Shown here piece after piece: positions 50,136 through 60,537 of a stretch of 64,000 bases of DNA (position 1 is the stretch's first letter; each line of letters opens with the position of its first letter). This DNA is from Polyangiaceae bacterium (GTDB lineage: Bacteria > Myxococcota_A > Polyangia > Polyangiales > Polyangiaceae). The position numbers and the translations under genes are program-made. Location: NCBI GenBank assembly GCA_044224495.1, contig JBGAKG010000005.1, positions 172,711 to 236,710 of the forward strand, read 5' to 3'. Below the pieces are notes generated by a model, which did no database searches, was not told the DNA's origin, and was given only the letters and a program-made list of their open reading frames with translations.

Positions 50136-53100
50136 ATGCGTGCTCGTCCCGCTCTCGCGGTGCTCGTCGTCGCGCTCGCCGCCGCCGTGGCTCCCCAGCT
50201 CGCGTGCAGCTCCCACGACGTGCCGCAAGCCACCTACTTCGAGCGTGTCGTCTCGCCCGTGCTCCAGACGAGCTGCGCGCGGTCACCGACCGGCTCCGGC
50301 TGCCACGTCAGCGACGCGCGCGGCAACGCGTTCGGCAACCTCGACGTCACGAGCTTCGCGAACCTGAACAAGCGGCGGGACTTGCTCGCGACCTACGGTC
50401 CCTACCGACAGCCGAGCTTCCTCCTCAAGGTCATCCCGGAGCAGGAGATCGGGCTGCGGAGCTTCGACGGCACCGCGACCACGGTCCGGAGCGACGTGCG
50501 CCACACCGGCGGCTCGGTCTTCGACCCCAGTGCTTCGGGCTACCTCGTGCTCGCGCGTTGGATCGAGAACGGCGCGACCGAGAACAACAACGGGATCCGG
50601 ACCGTCCCCGTCGCCTCCGATCCGTGCTCGAGCACGGTGCCCGCCACGCCCGGCTTCGATCCGACGAAGGACCCGACGACCCCCGACTGGCCGACCTTCC
50701 GCGACACGGTGAACGCGCCCCTCGCGAACCGCTGCGGAGCGGGAAGCTGCCACGGCAACCCGATGAACGAGCTGTACCTGACCTGCGGCACGACGCCCGA
50801 GCAGACCCGGTTCAACTACTTCGCCGCCGTCGACTACCTCGGGAGCAGCCCCGATCAGTCGGAGCTCGTTCGGCGCCCGCTCGCGCAGACGTTCGGAGGC
50901 TCGTTCCACGAAGGCGGCGTCGTCTTCGAGACCTCGAGCGATCCCGACCTCGTCGCGCTCGAGGCGTGGGCCGAAAAGCACGGACCGCTCGTCGTCCCCG
51001 ACTTGGGGCCCGGCTTTTCGTACTTCGCGCGCCGCGTCCAGCCGGTGCTCGTGCGGAAGGGCTGCCTCCAGCTCCAGTGCCATTCGTCCTCGAGCTTCCA
51101 CGACTACCGGCTCCGCGGCGGTGCCGGCGGGAGCTTCTCGTTCTCGGCGACGCGCAAGAACTACGAGCTCAGCCTCGCTCAGCTCGCGCTCGAGAGCGAC
51201 GACCCGCGCGCGAGCAGGCTCGTGCGGAAGAACCTGTTCCGACCGGAGCTCGGAGGCGTCGGGATCGTCCATCGCGGCGGCCCCCTCTTCGAGGATCTCG
51301 GGAAAGATCCCGCCGTCGGGAGCTCGTGCGACGGCAAGGGATGGGACCTGGACGGTGGGAGCCTCGACACGATCCCCGCCTTCTGCATCGTCCGCGAGTG
51401 GCTGCGTCGCGAGCGCACCGCGCGGCCCGTCGCGCCGTGGACCGGCGTCGCCTTCGTCCGGCGCGCGCTCTCGAGCGCGCCCGATCGCCTCCAGGACTTC
51501 GACCTCTACCGACCCGGGAGCGATCTCCGTCTCGTCGACGTGCAGGTCGACGGAAGTGGCGCCGTCACCCTCGCGAACGAGCGCTCGGTGACGACGAGCT
51601 GCGGGCTCGATCCTTCGACCGCCGACATTCGCCGACCGGCCGTGTCGTGGGATGCGAAGCGGATCGCGTTCGCCGCCCGCGCTTCGGCGGGCGCGCCGCT
51701 CCGGATCTACGAGCTCGCAGCGGACGGGAGCGGTTGTACGCTCCACGCCGGCATCGGCACCGCGCCGCCGAGCGGCAACGGGCTCCCGATCCACGACTTC
51801 GATCCCAGCTTCGGGCCGCCCGATGGCAACGGTGTCGCCCCGATCGTCTTCGCGTCGACGCGCGGCAACCTCGACTCGACCCCGTACGACTACACCGGCC
51901 CCCAACGCACGCCGGCGGACCCGACGAAGCCGAACGCCGACCTCTACGTCTACGAGGCCGACCCGAAGAAGCCGGGCTCGTTCCGCATCCGGCAGCTCAC
52001 CTTCCTCCTCGACCTCGAGCGGCAGCCCGCCTTCATGGCGGACGGGCGCGTCATCTTCACGATCGAGAAGCGCCTCCCCGGGTTCCACCAGCTCGCCCTC
52101 CGTCGCATCAACCTCGACGGCGGCGACTACCACCCGCTCTTCGGCCAACGCGGGAGCGTGGGCTTCCACGCCGTGTCCCAGGTCGTGCAGCTCCCCGACA
52201 AGAACTTCGCCGCCATCTTCGCGGACCACGGTGTCCCCCATCGCGGCGGAACGCTCGGCGTGGTGAACCGCACGATCGGCGTCGACTTCGGCAGCACCGA
52301 CGCCGCGGACTATCCGCTCGATCCCGCGCTCGCGACGGGCACCTCGACGAAGCAACCGAGCCCGGCCTTCTTCCTCCACTCGCTGCGGATCGTCGACCCT
52401 GCCGTCACCGGTCGCGCGAACGTCGGCACGGCGGGCTTCTTTGCGTCGCCGGCGCCGCTCCCCGACGGGAGGATCCTCGCGAGCTTCGCCGCCGCGAGCG
52501 ACGCCGTGAGCTTCACCGGCGACTACGACGTCGTCATCGTCGACCCGAGCACCGGCGCGCGAACGCCGCTCCTCGGCGCTCCCGGCGTCGCCGACATCGA
52601 GGCGGTCGCCATCTACGGGCGCCCCATCCGCAAGGTCTACGCGTCGGCGCCATCGGAGCCGAACGCGTACGGCATGGACGAGACGCGCTCGACCGCCGAC
52701 ATCACGCTCCACGACGCGCCGACGATCCTCGCCCTCATGCTGCAGAACACGCCGGCGGGGCGCTCGGTCGACCCCGACGTTCGGTCACTGCGCTTGTTCG
52801 AGGAGCTCCCGCCTCCGCTGGAGGTCTCGAGCTTCGACCTCGGCGGGGCGAACGTCGTGACGGATGCATGGGGCAAGGTCTACGTGCGGCGCCGCTTGAT
52901 CGGGGCGGTGCCGATCGAGAGCGACGGCTCGGCACGCTACCTCGTCCCCGGCGGGCTCCCGCTCGCGCTCGAGGTCCCCGAGACCCCGATGTCGACGACG
53001 GCGAAGCTCCCGCGCTTCGTGAACGAGCACCTGATGTTCACGCCGGGAGAGTCCGTCCACGAGGCGTTCCCGCACGGCTTCTTCGACGGGTTCTGCGGGC

Positions 53101-53249
53101 AATGCCACGGCGCGACGAGCGGGCGGCCGCTCGACGCCGCGATGAAGCCCGACATCTTCTCCGGCGCCTCGCGCACGATCGCCGCCGGGCGGCCCGCGAC
53201 GAACCTGAACCTTGCTCCCGCGAGCCGCGGCGCTCCGGTCGGGCCATGA
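50136..53249 (+). CDS. large (1037 aa) lipoprotein with a single C-terminal CxxCH, unknown family
   Basis: Lipobox LACSS. One CxxCH (CGQCHGA) near the C-terminus. Stop overlaps the downstream cytochrome start (ATGA). Confidence 0.6.
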   Translation: MRARPALAVLVVALAAAVAPQLACSSHDVPQATYFERVVSPVLQTSCARSPTGSGCHVSDARGNAFGNLDVTSFANLNKRRDLLATYGPYRQPSFLLKVIPEQEIGLRSFDGTATTVRSDVRHTGGSVFDPSASGYLVLARWIENGATENNNGIRTVPVASDPCSSTVPATPGFDPTKDPTTPDWPTFRDTVNAPLANRCGAGSCHGNPMNELYLTCGTTPEQTRFNYFAAVDYLGSSPDQSELVRRPLAQTFGGSFHEGGVVFETSSDPDLVALEAWAEKHGPLVVPDLGPGFSYFARRVQPVLVRKGCLQLQCHSSSSFHDYRLRGGAGGSFSFSATRKNYELSLAQLALESDDPRASRLVRKNLFRPELGGVGIVHRGGPLFEDLGKDPAVGSSCDGKGWDLDGGSLDTIPAFCIVREWLRRERTARPVAPWTGVAFVRRALSSAPDRLQDFDLYRPGSDLRLVDVQVDGSGAVTLANERSVTTSCGLDPSTADIRRPAVSWDAKRIAFAARASAGAPLRIYELAADGSGCTLHAGIGTAPPSGNGLPIHDFDPSFGPPDGNGVAPIVFASTRGNLDSTPYDYTGPQRTPADPTKPNADLYVYEADPKKPGSFRIRQLTFLLDLERQPAFMADGRVIFTIEKRLPGFHQLALRRINLDGGDYHPLFGQRGSVGFHAVSQVVQLPDKNFAAIFADHGVPHRGGTLGVVNRTIGVDFGSTDAADYPLDPALATGTSTKQPSPAFFLHSLRIVDPAVTGRANVGTAGFFASPAPLPDGRILASFAAASDAVSFTGDYDVVIVDPSTGARTPLLGAPGVADIEAVAIYGRPIRKVYASAPSEPNAYGMDETRSTADITLHDAPTILALMLQNTPAGRSVDPDVRSLRLFEELPPPLEVSSFDLGGANVVTDAWGKVYVRRRLIGAVPIESDGSARYLVPGGLPLALEVPETPMSTTAKLPRFVNEHLMFTPGESVHEAFPHGFFDGFCGQCHGATSGRPLDAAMKPDIFSGASRTIAAGRPATNLNLAPASRGAPVGP

Positions 53250-54994
53250 CCCGCTGGCGCGAGCGAGCCACGCTCGTCCTCACCGCCACGCTCCTCGGCG
53301 CCGGTACGGCAGGCGCCGCGTGCTCCAGCGACGACGAGCTCGCGCCGGGGAGCGATGCCGGGAGCGACGTCTTCGTCGAGGCGCAAGACGACCCGACGAC
53401 CGAGCTCGGGCCGTCGACGGATGGGGGCGACGCCGAAGGCCCGATCGATCTCGAGGACTTTCACGTTCCCGGCACGCAGATCGGCGACGTCCCCTGGGCG
53501 GCGCTGCTGCGACCGTCCGACTGCACGTCGTGCCACGGCGCAACGACGACGCCCGCCGCCCCCGGGCCCACCTGGTCGGCGAGCTTGATGTCGGTCGCAG
53601 GAAAGGACCCGCTCTTCTACGCGCAGCTCGCGACCGCGAATCAGGACGTCCCCGGGGTCGGCTACTACTGCCTGCGCTGCCACGTCCCCGCGTCGATCGT
53701 GACGGGCAACGCCGCGATCCCGAGCGGAAAGGTCCTCTCGAACTACGATCGCGACGGAGTCAGCTGCCACTTCTGTCACATGATGGTCGACCCGACGCTG
53801 CCGGATGCGGCCCCGAGCCAGGACGCACCGATCCTGGCAGCGCTCGCCGATCGGCCGTCCCATTTTGGTAACGCGCAGTTCGTCCTCGATCCCGGCGGGC
53901 TCCGGCGCGGTCCCTACGTCGACGCCGCTGCGCTGCACCCCTACACGTCTTCGCCCTTCTTCCGGCGGAGCGAGCTGTGCGGGACGTGTCACGACGTGGG
54001 GAACCCGGCCGTCCCCGCGACGGATGCCGGCTTCGCCTACGATCCTCCCAAGCAGCGCGCCGCGAACCCCGACCCGGTCGCGCAGTTCCCGCTCGAGCGC
54101 ACCTTCTCCGAGTGGCGCGCCTCCGCGTTCGCCGACGGCGGCGTCGACATGGGCGGGCGCTTCGGCGGGGCCGACGGCGGCGTCGTCTCGACGTGCCAGG
54201 ACTGCCACATGCCGGTCGAGACGTCGCAGGGCTGCATCTTCGGCCCGAGCCGGACGGATCTGAGGCGCCACGACTTCGCGGGCGCATCGGCGTGGGTGCT
54301 CGACATCGTGTCCCTTCGCGAGGGGGCCAACGTCGATCAACCCGCCCTCGCGCGCGGCCACACCAATGCGGTCGCGATGCTGCAGCGCGCGGCCACGCTC
54401 ACGGTCTCGAAGAACGGGGCGCAGGTGGTCGTCCGGGTCACCAACGAGAGCGGGCACAAGCTCCCGACGGGCCACATCGAGGGGCGCCGCGTCTTCCTCG
54501 AGGTCAAGTTCACCGACGGCGCCAACGCGGTGCTCACCCACCACGGGCGCTGGAACCCGGCGACGGGAGATCTCGAAGGCGCGCCGACGACCGTGTTCGA
54601 GATGGAGATCGGGCTCAGCCCCACCGCCGCGAAGCTCACCGGCCTGCCCGCCGGCCCGACCACGCACATGTCGCTCGCCGACGTGGTCGTCTCGGACAAT
54701 CGCATCCCGCCGCGGGGCTTCAGCAACGTGGCGTTCGGTGCCGTCGGTGCGGGCGCCGTCGGTGCGACGTACGCCGACGGCCAGCACTGGGCCGACGTCC
54801 CGTTCGCGATCCCGAACGGCGCGACGAAGGTCGAGGTTCGGTTGCTCTACCAGACCGTGACGCGCGAGTACGTCGAGGCGCTCGCGAAAGGGAACAAGAC
54901 CGACGGTTGGGGAACGGAGCTCCAGAGCTTGTGGCTCGCGACGGGTCGTGCGCCGCCGATCGAGATGGCGTCCACCCAGCTCTCCCTCCCGTGA
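53246..54994 (+). CDS. pentaheme c-type cytochrome lipoprotein (paralog of 18330..19727)
   Basis: Lipobox GAACSS. CTSCH, CLRCH, CHFCH, CGTCH, CQDCH. Shares RTFSEWR and CHMP motifs with the other cytochrome. Confidence 0.8.
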   Translation: MTRWRERATLVLTATLLGAGTAGAACSSDDELAPGSDAGSDVFVEAQDDPTTELGPSTDGGDAEGPIDLEDFHVPGTQIGDVPWAALLRPSDCTSCHGATTTPAAPGPTWSASLMSVAGKDPLFYAQLATANQDVPGVGYYCLRCHVPASIVTGNAAIPSGKVLSNYDRDGVSCHFCHMMVDPTLPDAAPSQDAPILAALADRPSHFGNAQFVLDPGGLRRGPYVDAAALHPYTSSPFFRRSELCGTCHDVGNPAVPATDAGFAYDPPKQRAANPDPVAQFPLERTFSEWRASAFADGGVDMGGRFGGADGGVVSTCQDCHMPVETSQGCIFGPSRTDLRRHDFAGASAWVLDIVSLREGANVDQPALARGHTNAVAMLQRAATLTVSKNGAQVVVRVTNESGHKLPTGHIEGRRVFLEVKFTDGANAVLTHHGRWNPATGDLEGAPTTVFEMEIGLSPTAAKLTGLPAGPTTHMSLADVVVSDNRIPPRGFSNVAFGAVGAGAVGATYADGQHWADVPFAIPNGATKVEVRLLYQTVTREYVEALAKGNKTDGWGTELQSLWLATGRAPPIEMASTQLSLP

Positions 54995-56028
54995 ACGGCG
55001 ATCGCACCCGAAGCGCGATCCGCGGATGGCTCACCGCGTGCGCCGTCCTCACGGCGGCGATGATCCTCCTCGGCGGGCTCACACGGCTCACCCGCGCCGG
55101 CCTCTCGATCACGACGTGGGATCCGGTGATGGGAGCGCTCCCTCCCCTCGATCACGGAGCGTGGGAGCACGCGTTCGAGCTCTATCGCTCGTCCCCCGAA
55201 GGGCGGCTCCGCGCCGACGCGATGGACCTCGGCGCGTTCCAGCACATCTACTGGATCGAGTGGGCACACCGCCTGCTCGGACGTGCGCTCGCGGTGGTGC
55301 TGTTCGGTCCGCTCGTCGTCTTCGCTGCGCGGCGCAGCCTCCCGCGCACGGTCACGCTCCGCCTCGGGCTGGTGTTCGTCGCGGGCGGGGTCCAGGCCCT
55401 GCTCGGCTGGCTCATGGTCCAGAGCGGGCTCGTCGATGCCCCGCACGTCAGCCCGTACCGCTTGGCGGGGCACTTCACGCTCGGCGTCGCGCTCTTCGTG
55501 GCCATGCTCTGGAGCGCATTCGACGCGTGGGCGACGGACGCTGCCGTCGTCGAGCGCACGCCGGCGCGCCTCCGGCTCCTCGCTTTCGTCGCCGGTGCCA
55601 ACGCATTCGCCCTCCTCGTCTGGGGCGCGCTGATGGCGGGGCACCACGCCGGGCTCGTCTTCTCCGACTTTCCGATGATGGGCGGCCGAGTCGTGCCGAG
55701 CGGCGCCTTCGCGAACGGCTCGCTCGGGGGCGCTGCGGTCGGCGACGCGATCACGGTCCACTTCATCCATCGCATGCTCGCGTTCGCGCTCGTCGCCCTC
55801 GCCGGCGCCCTGGTCGTCGTCTCGCGCAGCGCGCCGGTGGCGCCGACGACGCGGCGCTGGGCCCTCGTCGTGCTCGCAGCCGTGCTCGTTCAGCTCGCGC
55901 TCGGCGCCGCGACGGTGATGACCCACGTGCCGCTCGCGCTCGCGTCCGCTCATCAAGCCGGCGCGCTGTTCGTCGTCTTCGCGCTGACGGGCCTCGTGCG
56001 TCGTACCAGCGCCGGGCCTGCACTATAG
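54991..56028 (+). CDS. ctaA: heme A synthase (COX15/CtaA, type 2)
   Basis: Eight TM helices. Conserved His motifs WAHRLLGR and IHRMLAF. GTG start overlaps the upstream stop. Confidence 0.8.
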   Translation: MNGDRTRSAIRGWLTACAVLTAAMILLGGLTRLTRAGLSITTWDPVMGALPPLDHGAWEHAFELYRSSPEGRLRADAMDLGAFQHIYWIEWAHRLLGRALAVVLFGPLVVFAARRSLPRTVTLRLGLVFVAGGVQALLGWLMVQSGLVDAPHVSPYRLAGHFTLGVALFVAMLWSAFDAWATDAAVVERTPARLRLLAFVAGANAFALLVWGALMAGHHAGLVFSDFPMMGGRVVPSGAFANGSLGGAAVGDAITVHFIHRMLAFALVALAGALVVVSRSAPVAPTTRRWALVVLAAVLVQLALGAATVMTHVPLALASAHQAGALFVVFALTGLVRRTSAGPAL

Positions 56029-56081
56029 CTACGTGATCCGCGTCATGGCAGCGCGCGTCGCCGTGCGCGAAGGTCGAAGCG

Positions 56082-57767
56082 ATGATGCTCGCGGCCCTCG
56101 AGAGCGACCGACCTGCTCCGCGCGCGCAGGGCACGATCGTCGAAGCGCTCGCGGCCGCTGCGGCCGCAGATGCGCCGCTGGCGACGTTCCACGGCGGGAG
56201 CGCCGGCCCGACCGTGCTGGATGCGCGGGCCACGTTCGCGCGGGCGAACGCCTGGGCCCAGCGCCTCGTTGCGCGCGGCGTCCGGCGGGGCGACCGCGTC
56301 GTGATCCTGGTCCCCACCGGACCCACGTTCGTCGCGGCGTTGCTCGGCGCGATGATGGCGGGTGCCGCCGCCGTTCCGCTCGCGACGCCGCTGACCTTCG
56401 GCTCGGTGGAGCCGTTCCTGCGCAACCTGGGGCCGATCCTCCTCTCGGCGGATGCCCGCGCGCTCGTCACGACGCCGCGCGTGCTCGGGACGCTCGCGTC
56501 GCACCGCGGCAGCCTCCACGTCCCGACCGCCGTCCTCGTCGATGGCGACGAGCCTTCGCCTGAACCGCGTCCGCTCCCGAGCGTCGACCCCCAAGACACG
56601 GCCCTCATCCAGTACACGTCGGGGACGACCGGGTTGCCGAAGGGCGTCGTCATCTCGCACCGCGCGCTCGTCGCCAACGCCGCGTCGATCGCCGAGGGTC
56701 TCGGGCTCGACGCGCGGGACGTCGGCGTCAGCTGGCTCCCGCTCTTCCACGACATGGGCCTGGTCGGCGTCCTGCTCACGGCCGTGTGTCACCCCTACGC
56801 GCTGCACCTCGCCGCGCCCGAGTACTTCGCGATGGGTGCCGAGCGCTGGCTCCACCTCATCGCTCGGGTCGGCGCGACCATCACCGCCGCCCCCAATTTC
56901 GCGTACCAACGCTGCGTGGCGCGCGCGGCGCGGCTCGAAGGCGTCCGCCTGGATGCGCTGCGGCTCGCCTTGAACGGCGCCGAGCCGGTCCACGCCGAGA
57001 CGCTTCGTCGGCTCGCCGCCACGCTCGCCCCGCACGGCTTCGCGCCGACCGCATCCCTCCCCGTCTACGGGATGGCCGAGTGCACGCTCGCGGTGACGTT
57101 CGCCGACCGCGGCGCGCCCCACGCGTTGAAGCTCGACCGTGGCGGGCTCGAGCGCGAAGGAATCGCCTGCGCCAGCACGGCGCCCGAGGCGCGCGAGGTC
57201 GTGAGCGTCGGGCGCCCGGTCGCCGGAGCCGCGATCCGCGTCGTCGACTCGGGACGCGCCACGGTCCCCAACGGGCGCGTCGGGCGGATCCTCGTGCGCT
57301 CTCCCTCGCTGATGGACGGCTACTTCCGCAACGAAGCGGCCACGCGCGCCGTCCTCGCCGACGGGTGGCTCGACTCCGGCGATCTCGGCTTCGTCGCGGA
57401 CGGTCAGCTCTACGTGACGGGACGCGCGAAGGACGTCGTGATCCAGGGCGGACGCAACATCGACCCCCACGACGTCGAGCGAACGCTCGAGACGGAGTGC
57501 GGGCTCCGCCCCGACAGCGTCGTCGCGTTCGGCGTTTCCGATTCCAGCGTCGCGACGGAGCGGCTCGTGCTGGTCGTCGAGGCGAAACCGACGGAGGAGG
57601 AACGCTCTGACGCGCGCGCCCGCGAGCTCCGGGGCGCCGTCCTCGCCGCGCTCGGCGCACGGATCGACGAGGTGATCTTCGTCGCGCTCGGGTCGATCCC
57701 CCGCACCACGAGCGGCAAGCCGCGCCGCGCCGAGTGCGCGCGCCTCCACGCGGAGGCGCGTTCGTGA
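56082..57767 (+). CDS. fatty acyl-AMP ligase / AMP-dependent synthetase (FAAL-like)
   Basis: YTSGTTGLPKGV. LPLFHDMGL. YGMAE. GDLG...GRAKD. SGKPRR C-terminus. This motif set is typical of FAAL/FadD32-type loaders. Confidence 0.85.
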   Translation: MMLAALESDRPAPRAQGTIVEALAAAAAADAPLATFHGGSAGPTVLDARATFARANAWAQRLVARGVRRGDRVVILVPTGPTFVAALLGAMMAGAAAVPLATPLTFGSVEPFLRNLGPILLSADARALVTTPRVLGTLASHRGSLHVPTAVLVDGDEPSPEPRPLPSVDPQDTALIQYTSGTTGLPKGVVISHRALVANAASIAEGLGLDARDVGVSWLPLFHDMGLVGVLLTAVCHPYALHLAAPEYFAMGAERWLHLIARVGATITAAPNFAYQRCVARAARLEGVRLDALRLALNGAEPVHAETLRRLAATLAPHGFAPTASLPVYGMAECTLAVTFADRGAPHALKLDRGGLEREGIACASTAPEAREVVSVGRPVAGAAIRVVDSGRATVPNGRVGRILVRSPSLMDGYFRNEAATRAVLADGWLDSGDLGFVADGQLYVTGRAKDVVIQGGRNIDPHDVERTLETECGLRPDSVVAFGVSDSSVATERLVLVVEAKPTEEERSDARARELRGAVLAALGARIDEVIFVALGSIPRTTSGKPRRAECARLHAEARS

Positions 57768-58774
57768 AGCGCGCCGTCGTCGTCGGGGGAACGGGGTTCA
57801 TCGGCCTTCACGTCGTCGATGCGCTGCTCGCCGGAGGCTGGACCGTGCGCGCGACGCGTCGCCCCTCGTCGCCGACGCTCCTGCTCCGGCGCCGCCCGGT
57901 CGAGCTCGTCCACGCGGATCTCGACGACGAGGCGTCGCTCGAGCGCGCGTTCGACGGCGCGGACGCGGTCTTCCTCGCGGGCGCGTACTACCCCCGCTAC
58001 TCGCTGGAGCTCGCCGGTGCCGTCGAGCGCGGAACGGCGCAGCTCCGGCGCGCATGTACCGTCGCGCGCAAGGCCGGCGTCGCGCGCCTGATCTACAGCT
58101 CGTCGGTCGCCGTCCTCGGCCCCGGAGCGAGCGTCGCCACCGAAGCGGACGTCGGCGAGCCCGATCCGCGCGAGGGCGTGTACCCGACCGTAAAGAAGAC
58201 GATGGAACGGGAGCTCGACCGCGCGCGCGACGCGGGCCTCTCCGCGACCTCGCTCCTGCTCGGCGGGTGCATCGGCCCTTGGGATCTCCGCCTCGGCACG
58301 GGCGGGTTCGTCGCCGCGCTCCTCGCCGGCGCGCCCCTCCGGTGGACCGACGGGCTCGTCCACCTCGTCGCCGTGTCCGATGCCGCACGCGCCCATGTCG
58401 CCGCGGTCGGGAGCGACGCCCCGCGCTACCTCGTCGCCGGCAAGAGCCTCCGCGTCGCCGAGCTCGTCGCGATGGTCGTCGAGCGCCACGGCGCCGCGCA
58501 CCCGGGCGATCCGGTCTCGCTCGCCTCCGCCCGCGAGCTCGCGACGCGGAGCGAAGCCGCCGCCGCCCCGCGCCGCCGCCGCGTCACCCTCCCGCGCGAG
58601 CTCGTCGACATCGTCGCGCTCGGTCGCCCGATCTCGACCCAGCTCGCCGAGCGGGATCTGGATCTCCGCTGGACCCCCCTCGAGGCGGCGCTCGACGCGT
58701 TCGTCGCGTGGCTCATCCGGCACCGCTACGTCCCCCGAATCCCCGCCTCCAGGAGTGATCACAATGTCGTCTGA
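57764..58774 (+). CDS. NAD(P)-dependent epimerase/dehydratase-family (extended SDR) oxidoreductase
   Basis: Rossmann GGTGFIG. YxxxK (YPTVKK). GTG start overlaps the FAAL stop. Confidence 0.8.
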   Translation: MKRAVVVGGTGFIGLHVVDALLAGGWTVRATRRPSSPTLLLRRRPVELVHADLDDEASLERAFDGADAVFLAGAYYPRYSLELAGAVERGTAQLRRACTVARKAGVARLIYSSSVAVLGPGASVATEADVGEPDPREGVYPTVKKTMERELDRARDAGLSATSLLLGGCIGPWDLRLGTGGFVAALLAGAPLRWTDGLVHLVAVSDAARAHVAAVGSDAPRYLVAGKSLRVAELVAMVVERHGAAHPGDPVSLASARELATRSEAAAAPRRRRVTLPRELVDIVALGRPISTQLAERDLDLRWTPLEAALDAFVAWLIRHRYVPRIPASRSDHNVV

Positions 58775-59048
58775 ACCGGCCACCACGTCGATCCGCGGGC
58801 GCATGCGCGCGCTCGTCGCCGAGATCCTCGAGATCGAGCAAGACCGCATCGAGCCGCAGAGCCGCCTCCGCGAGGATCTCGGCATGGACTCGCTCGGGAG
58901 CCTCGAGATGCTCTCCACGATCAGCGAGCAACTCGACGTGCACCTCGAGATCGAGGAGGCGATGGACATCGTCACGTTCGACGACGCCTGCCGCTTCGTC
59001 GAACGACAGCTCCCCGAAGCCAGGGTGGTCCATGAGCACCGCGCCTGA
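58764..59048 (+). CDS. acyl carrier protein (stand-alone)
   Basis: AGGAG RBS lies 9 nt upstream. Phosphopantetheine site DLGMDSL. 94 aa. Confidence 0.8.
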   Translation: MSSEPATTSIRGRMRALVAEILEIEQDRIEPQSRLREDLGMDSLGSLEMLSTISEQLDVHLEIEEAMDIVTFDDACRFVERQLPEARVVHEHRA

Positions 59049-60537
59049 CCCGGCGTTCGAGCTCGCGCGTCAGGTCGCCCGCTGGTGCACCGCCCACGTC
59101 GATGCGGCCGCGCTCGAGGCCGGGGGCGAGATTCCGGGTCGGCTCCTCGACGGGCTCGCCGCGCTCGGCCTGTTCGCGATGACGCTCCCCGCGAAGCACG
59201 ACGGCGCGGAGCTGGGATTGGCCTCCGCCTGCCACGTCGTGGAGGAGCTCGCGCGTCACGATCGCTCCGTTGCGACGACCGTCGGCCTGCACGCGGGGCT
59301 GGGCACGCAAGCGGTGGTCCGCGGCGCACGGCCCGAGCTGGGCGCGGCGTGGCTGCCGCGCCTGGCGAGCGGGGCCGCGATTGGGGCGTTCGCCGCGACC
59401 GAGGCCGGTGCCGGCTCGGATCTCATGAGCATCCGGACTGCCCTCATCGACGATGGGAACGAGCTCTACCTCGACGGCGAGAAGAGCTACGTCACCAACG
59501 CCCGCTACGCGGGCTGCTTCACCGTCCTCGCGCGGCGCGGACCGCGCGGACACTCGCTCGTCCTCGTCCCGCGCAGCGCGGCCGGGATCACGATCGGGCC
59601 GGAGGAGTCGAAGCTCGGCTTGCGCGCGTCGTCGACTGCGACCGTACGCTTCGACGCCGTTCGCCTCCCGCGTCACCACGTGCTCGGCGCCGATGGCCGC
59701 GGGCTCGAGCTCGCCTATCAGGTGCTCGGCTGGGGGCGAACGATGATGGCGGCCGGATGCACCGGGACGGCGCGGGCCGCCTTGGCGGCGACGCTCGATC
59801 ACGTCGACCACCGCCGGCAGTTCCGCCGCTCGCTCTTGTCGTTCCCCGCCGTCCAGCTCCAAGTGGCGGAGATGGCGGCGCTGACCGAGGCGTCACGCGC
59901 CTTCGTGCGACGAGTCGCGACGACCCTCGATCGCGGCACCGATGCCGAGATGCTCTCGATGGCGCTCAAGGTCTTCGCGAGCGAACAAGCGTTTCGCGCG
60001 TGCGACACCGCGATCCAGCTCCACGGAGCGCTCGGCGTCATCGAGCCCGTCGGGGTCGCGCGCCTCCTCCGCGACTGCCGCGTCACTCGGATCTTCGAGG
60101 GCGCGAACGACGTGCTTCTGGTCCGCCTCGCGACGGCGCGCCTCGCGACCGCGGCGCCGCTCGAGCGCGCGAACGCCAGCGTCGGGCGCGACGAGGCCGC
60201 GCATCTCCACCGCATGGCCGACGCGATCGACGCCGCTACCGCGGACGTGCGGCGGCGAATGGGCTTCGCCGCCGTGACCCGCCAGGCGACGCTCGTCGGG
60301 CTCGCGCGGGCCGAGCTCGCGTACCAGGCGGCGCTCGCGCTCGCGCTCGATCCGCCGCGCGACGAGGATCTCGCCGCGGTCGGGATCGCTGCGCTCGAGC
60401 GCGACGCGCATGTCGCGCTCGAGTCGCTCGACGCCGCCGAAGCGACCGCCGTCCGCGCGGACCGCATCTGCAACCGCCTCCGCAGCGCACCCGCCGGAGG
60501 CACGGCTGCGGCGCCGCTCACCGAGAGGACCGCATGA
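59032..60537 (+). CDS. acyl-CoA/acyl-ACP dehydrogenase family protein
   Basis: ACAD fold signatures (ATEAGAGSD, YVTNA, catalytic-base region IFEGANDV). Extra C-terminal about 110 aa. Start overlaps the ACP stop. Confidence 0.8.
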   Translation: MSTAPDPAFELARQVARWCTAHVDAAALEAGGEIPGRLLDGLAALGLFAMTLPAKHDGAELGLASACHVVEELARHDRSVATTVGLHAGLGTQAVVRGARPELGAAWLPRLASGAAIGAFAATEAGAGSDLMSIRTALIDDGNELYLDGEKSYVTNARYAGCFTVLARRGPRGHSLVLVPRSAAGITIGPEESKLGLRASSTATVRFDAVRLPRHHVLGADGRGLELAYQVLGWGRTMMAAGCTGTARAALAATLDHVDHRRQFRRSLLSFPAVQLQVAEMAALTEASRAFVRRVATTLDRGTDAEMLSMALKVFASEQAFRACDTAIQLHGALGVIEPVGVARLLRDCRVTRIFEGANDVLLVRLATARLATAAPLERANASVGRDEAAHLHRMADAIDAATADVRRRMGFAAVTRQATLVGLARAELAYQAALALALDPPRDEDLAAVGIAALERDAHVALESLDAAEATAVRADRICNRLRSAPAGGTAAAPLTERTA

